A DNA stretch of 64,000 nucleotides, from positions 18,787-82,786 of the forward strand of contig JALRBJ010000002.1 in the NCBI GenBank assembly GCA_023257815.1, given 5' to 3'. The notes below the pieces were generated by a model that was given only the letters and a program-made list of their open reading frames with translations, had not been told where the DNA came from and made no database searches. Below, piece after piece: positions 62,844-64,000 of the stretch (position 1 is the stretch's first letter; each line of letters opens with the position of its first letter). Source of the stretch: Candidatus Saccharimonadia bacterium. GTDB lineage: Bacteria; Patescibacteriota; Saccharimonadia; Saccharimonadales; Saccharimonadaceae. Made by a program: the position numbers and the translations under genes.

Positions 62844-63647
62844 TTACTCTACGTGATGAGTATCTGTAGCATGTTCCTCATGAGGAATAAGTTGGTGAGC
62901 AGATTGAGCCGCCACTCCCACGATGACAATCCCCAAAATCAGTACTAATGTCTGAATGCTGGCAGCTTTACGTTTTGGCTCGGCATGAATCGTTGGAATG
63001 ATATCGCTTGAAGCAATGTAGATAAAGAATCCAGCAGTAACAGCAAGTAATAGACTCTCTGATATACCAAGACTATCACCAAACCCATACACAAGCACCG
63101 CACCAACGATAGTAGCAAGGGCACTTACAAGATTGACAATAAGCACCTTGCGCTTTGGCATCCCTTTCGACAGCATCAAACCAAAATCACCAATTTCTTG
63201 CGGAATTTCGTGTGCAGCAATCGCTAGTGTCGTTACGAATCCAATCGCTGGATCAACCAAGAATGATGCGCCAATCGCCATACCATCTATAAGATTATGT
63301 ACAGTATCTCCAATTACTATGAGACTAACGGTACGTCGGCCAGCCGTATGCGTTGTTTTTTCATCGTCATGATGATGATGAAACCAACTCAAACTTCGTT
63401 CCAGTACAAAGAATAACACCAGCCCAATCAACGCATACAGCAAAATTTGTGCCGCATCACCATGTTCTAATGCTTCTGGCAATAAATCTAAAAATGCAGC
63501 AGCAAGTAGCGCCCCCGCAGCAAACGGCACCGCAAAGCGCTGCAACGTTCGAGCACCTCTTTTGCCATACAGTAAATACACACCACCAACCAGTGATACA
63601 ACGCTGCCCGCAGTGGCAGCAATTAACAACATAAGCCAATCGGCCAT
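62844..63647 (-). CDS. ZIP-family divalent metal transporter
   Basis: 267-aa membrane ORF with HNLIDGMAIG and AIAAHEIPQEIGDFG, plus a His-rich loop (HHHHDDEKTTH). Confidence 0.85.
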   Translation of the reverse strand: MADWLMLLIAATAGSVVSLVGGVYLLYGKRGARTLQRFAVPFAAGALLAAAFLDLLPEALEHGDAAQILLYALIGLVLFFVLERSLSWFHHHHDDEKTTHTAGRRTVSLIVIGDTVHNLIDGMAIGASFLVDPAIGFVTTLAIAAHEIPQEIGDFGLMLSKGMPKRKVLIVNLVSALATIVGAVLVYGFGDSLGISESLLLAVTAGFFIYIASSDIIPTIHAEPKRKAASIQTLVLILGIVIVGVAAQSAHQLIPHEEHATDTHHVE

Positions 63648-63751
63648 ATCGTTTTCTCCTTCTTATTTCGCTATTTTTTAGTCAATAGCACTAGGTCATC
63701 AAATCGAATAGTCAAGTTTCAGTAATTTTATTTTACCACACTCATATATCG

Positions 63752-64000
63752 CTACAAGGCAGATTTTGCCATACGCTTGCGTTCATTGGCGTCTAAGTAA
63801 CGCTTGCGAAGTCGTAGACTCTTTGGTGTAACCTCAAGTAATTCGTCGTCTTCAATAAAGTCGATGCACTGTTCAAGACTAAGCTCGGTAAATGGTGTCA
63901 ATTGTACCGTACCATCACTAGAGCTAGAGCGCATATTAGTGAGTTGCTTTGCTCGGCAAACATTAATTTCAAGATCTTCATGTCGTTGATATAAGCCCAC
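63752..64000 (-). CDS. typA: Translational GTPase TypA/BipA, C-terminal end (partial; continues beyond window end)
   Basis: ...LEQCIDFIEDDELLEVTPKSLRLRKRYLDANERKR matches the conserved BipA C-terminus. Confidence 0.7.
   Translation of the reverse strand: MGLYQRHEDLEINVCRAKQLTNMRSSSSDGTVQLTPFTELSLEQCIDFIEDDELLEVTPKSLRLRKRYLDANERKRMAKSAL

Noticed and set aside
1-64000. A search by eye for CRISPR arrays, rRNA genes, integrases, reverse transcriptases, restriction-modification genes or phage structural genes.
   Set aside because: No regularly spaced direct repeats and no ORFs with the corresponding motifs were found. The absence is based on manual reading only.

Overview
This is a 64-kb window from a low-GC bacterium (by eye low-40s % G+C) with short, tightly packed genes. 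Gene content suggests a reduced-genome Patescibacteria/Saccharibacteria-like organism: split transketolase, few biosynthetic genes, Gram-positive-style C-terminal sorting signals, BspA-type LRR and Vgb-like beta-propeller surface proteins. That taxonomic call is inference only.

Housekeeping blocks:
- 1-7.4 kb: a minus-strand central-carbon operon, gap / rpiB / rpe / split tkt / class II fba / two PfkB kinases.
- 7.7-23 kb: rel, ppa, trxB, pheS...pheT, an aquaporin and rmuC.
- 28.6-36.7 kb: trmD, KH protein, rpsP, rnc, nusB, rpmF (missing from the ORF track), leuS and murF.
- 50.5-53.2 kb: purK-purC and purE.
- 58.2-64 kb: an SPFH protein, ddl, rarA, trehalase, a ZIP transporter and the typA 3' end.

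Three tRNA genes each border accessory DNA: tRNA-Gln(CUG) at 27781-27854, tRNA-Gly(GCC) at 36812-36887 and tRNA-Phe(GAA) at 58008-58083.

Most notable observations:
1. A monocistronic 1084-aa KAP-family P-loop NTPase (39880-43134) has two TM helices inserted between Walker A and Walker B. It lies in a tRNA-Gly-adjacent island with a RAYT/IS200-like HUH transposase, a 25-nt hairpin repeat family and degenerate ~135-nt repeats. It is a candidate PifA-like defence gene.
2. Several GC-rich single-gene cassettes have foreign codon usage, their own sigma70-like promoters and GC-rich hairpins. Two of them split conserved operons (gap/rpiB and KH/trmD).
3. A PadR regulator has a 32-bp perfect palindrome over its own start, and the 20-bp core recurs upstream of a pair of membrane-protein genes.
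4. Seven genes have a -10 box 6-7 nt upstream of the ATG and no Shine-Dalgarno sequence, which suggests leaderless mRNAs.
5. Two surface proteins share an AP[AS]TG C-terminal sorting signal.
6. A truncated duplicate of the tRNA-Phe 5' half lies next to the intact gene.

No CRISPR array, rRNA, integrase or recognisable prophage was seen.
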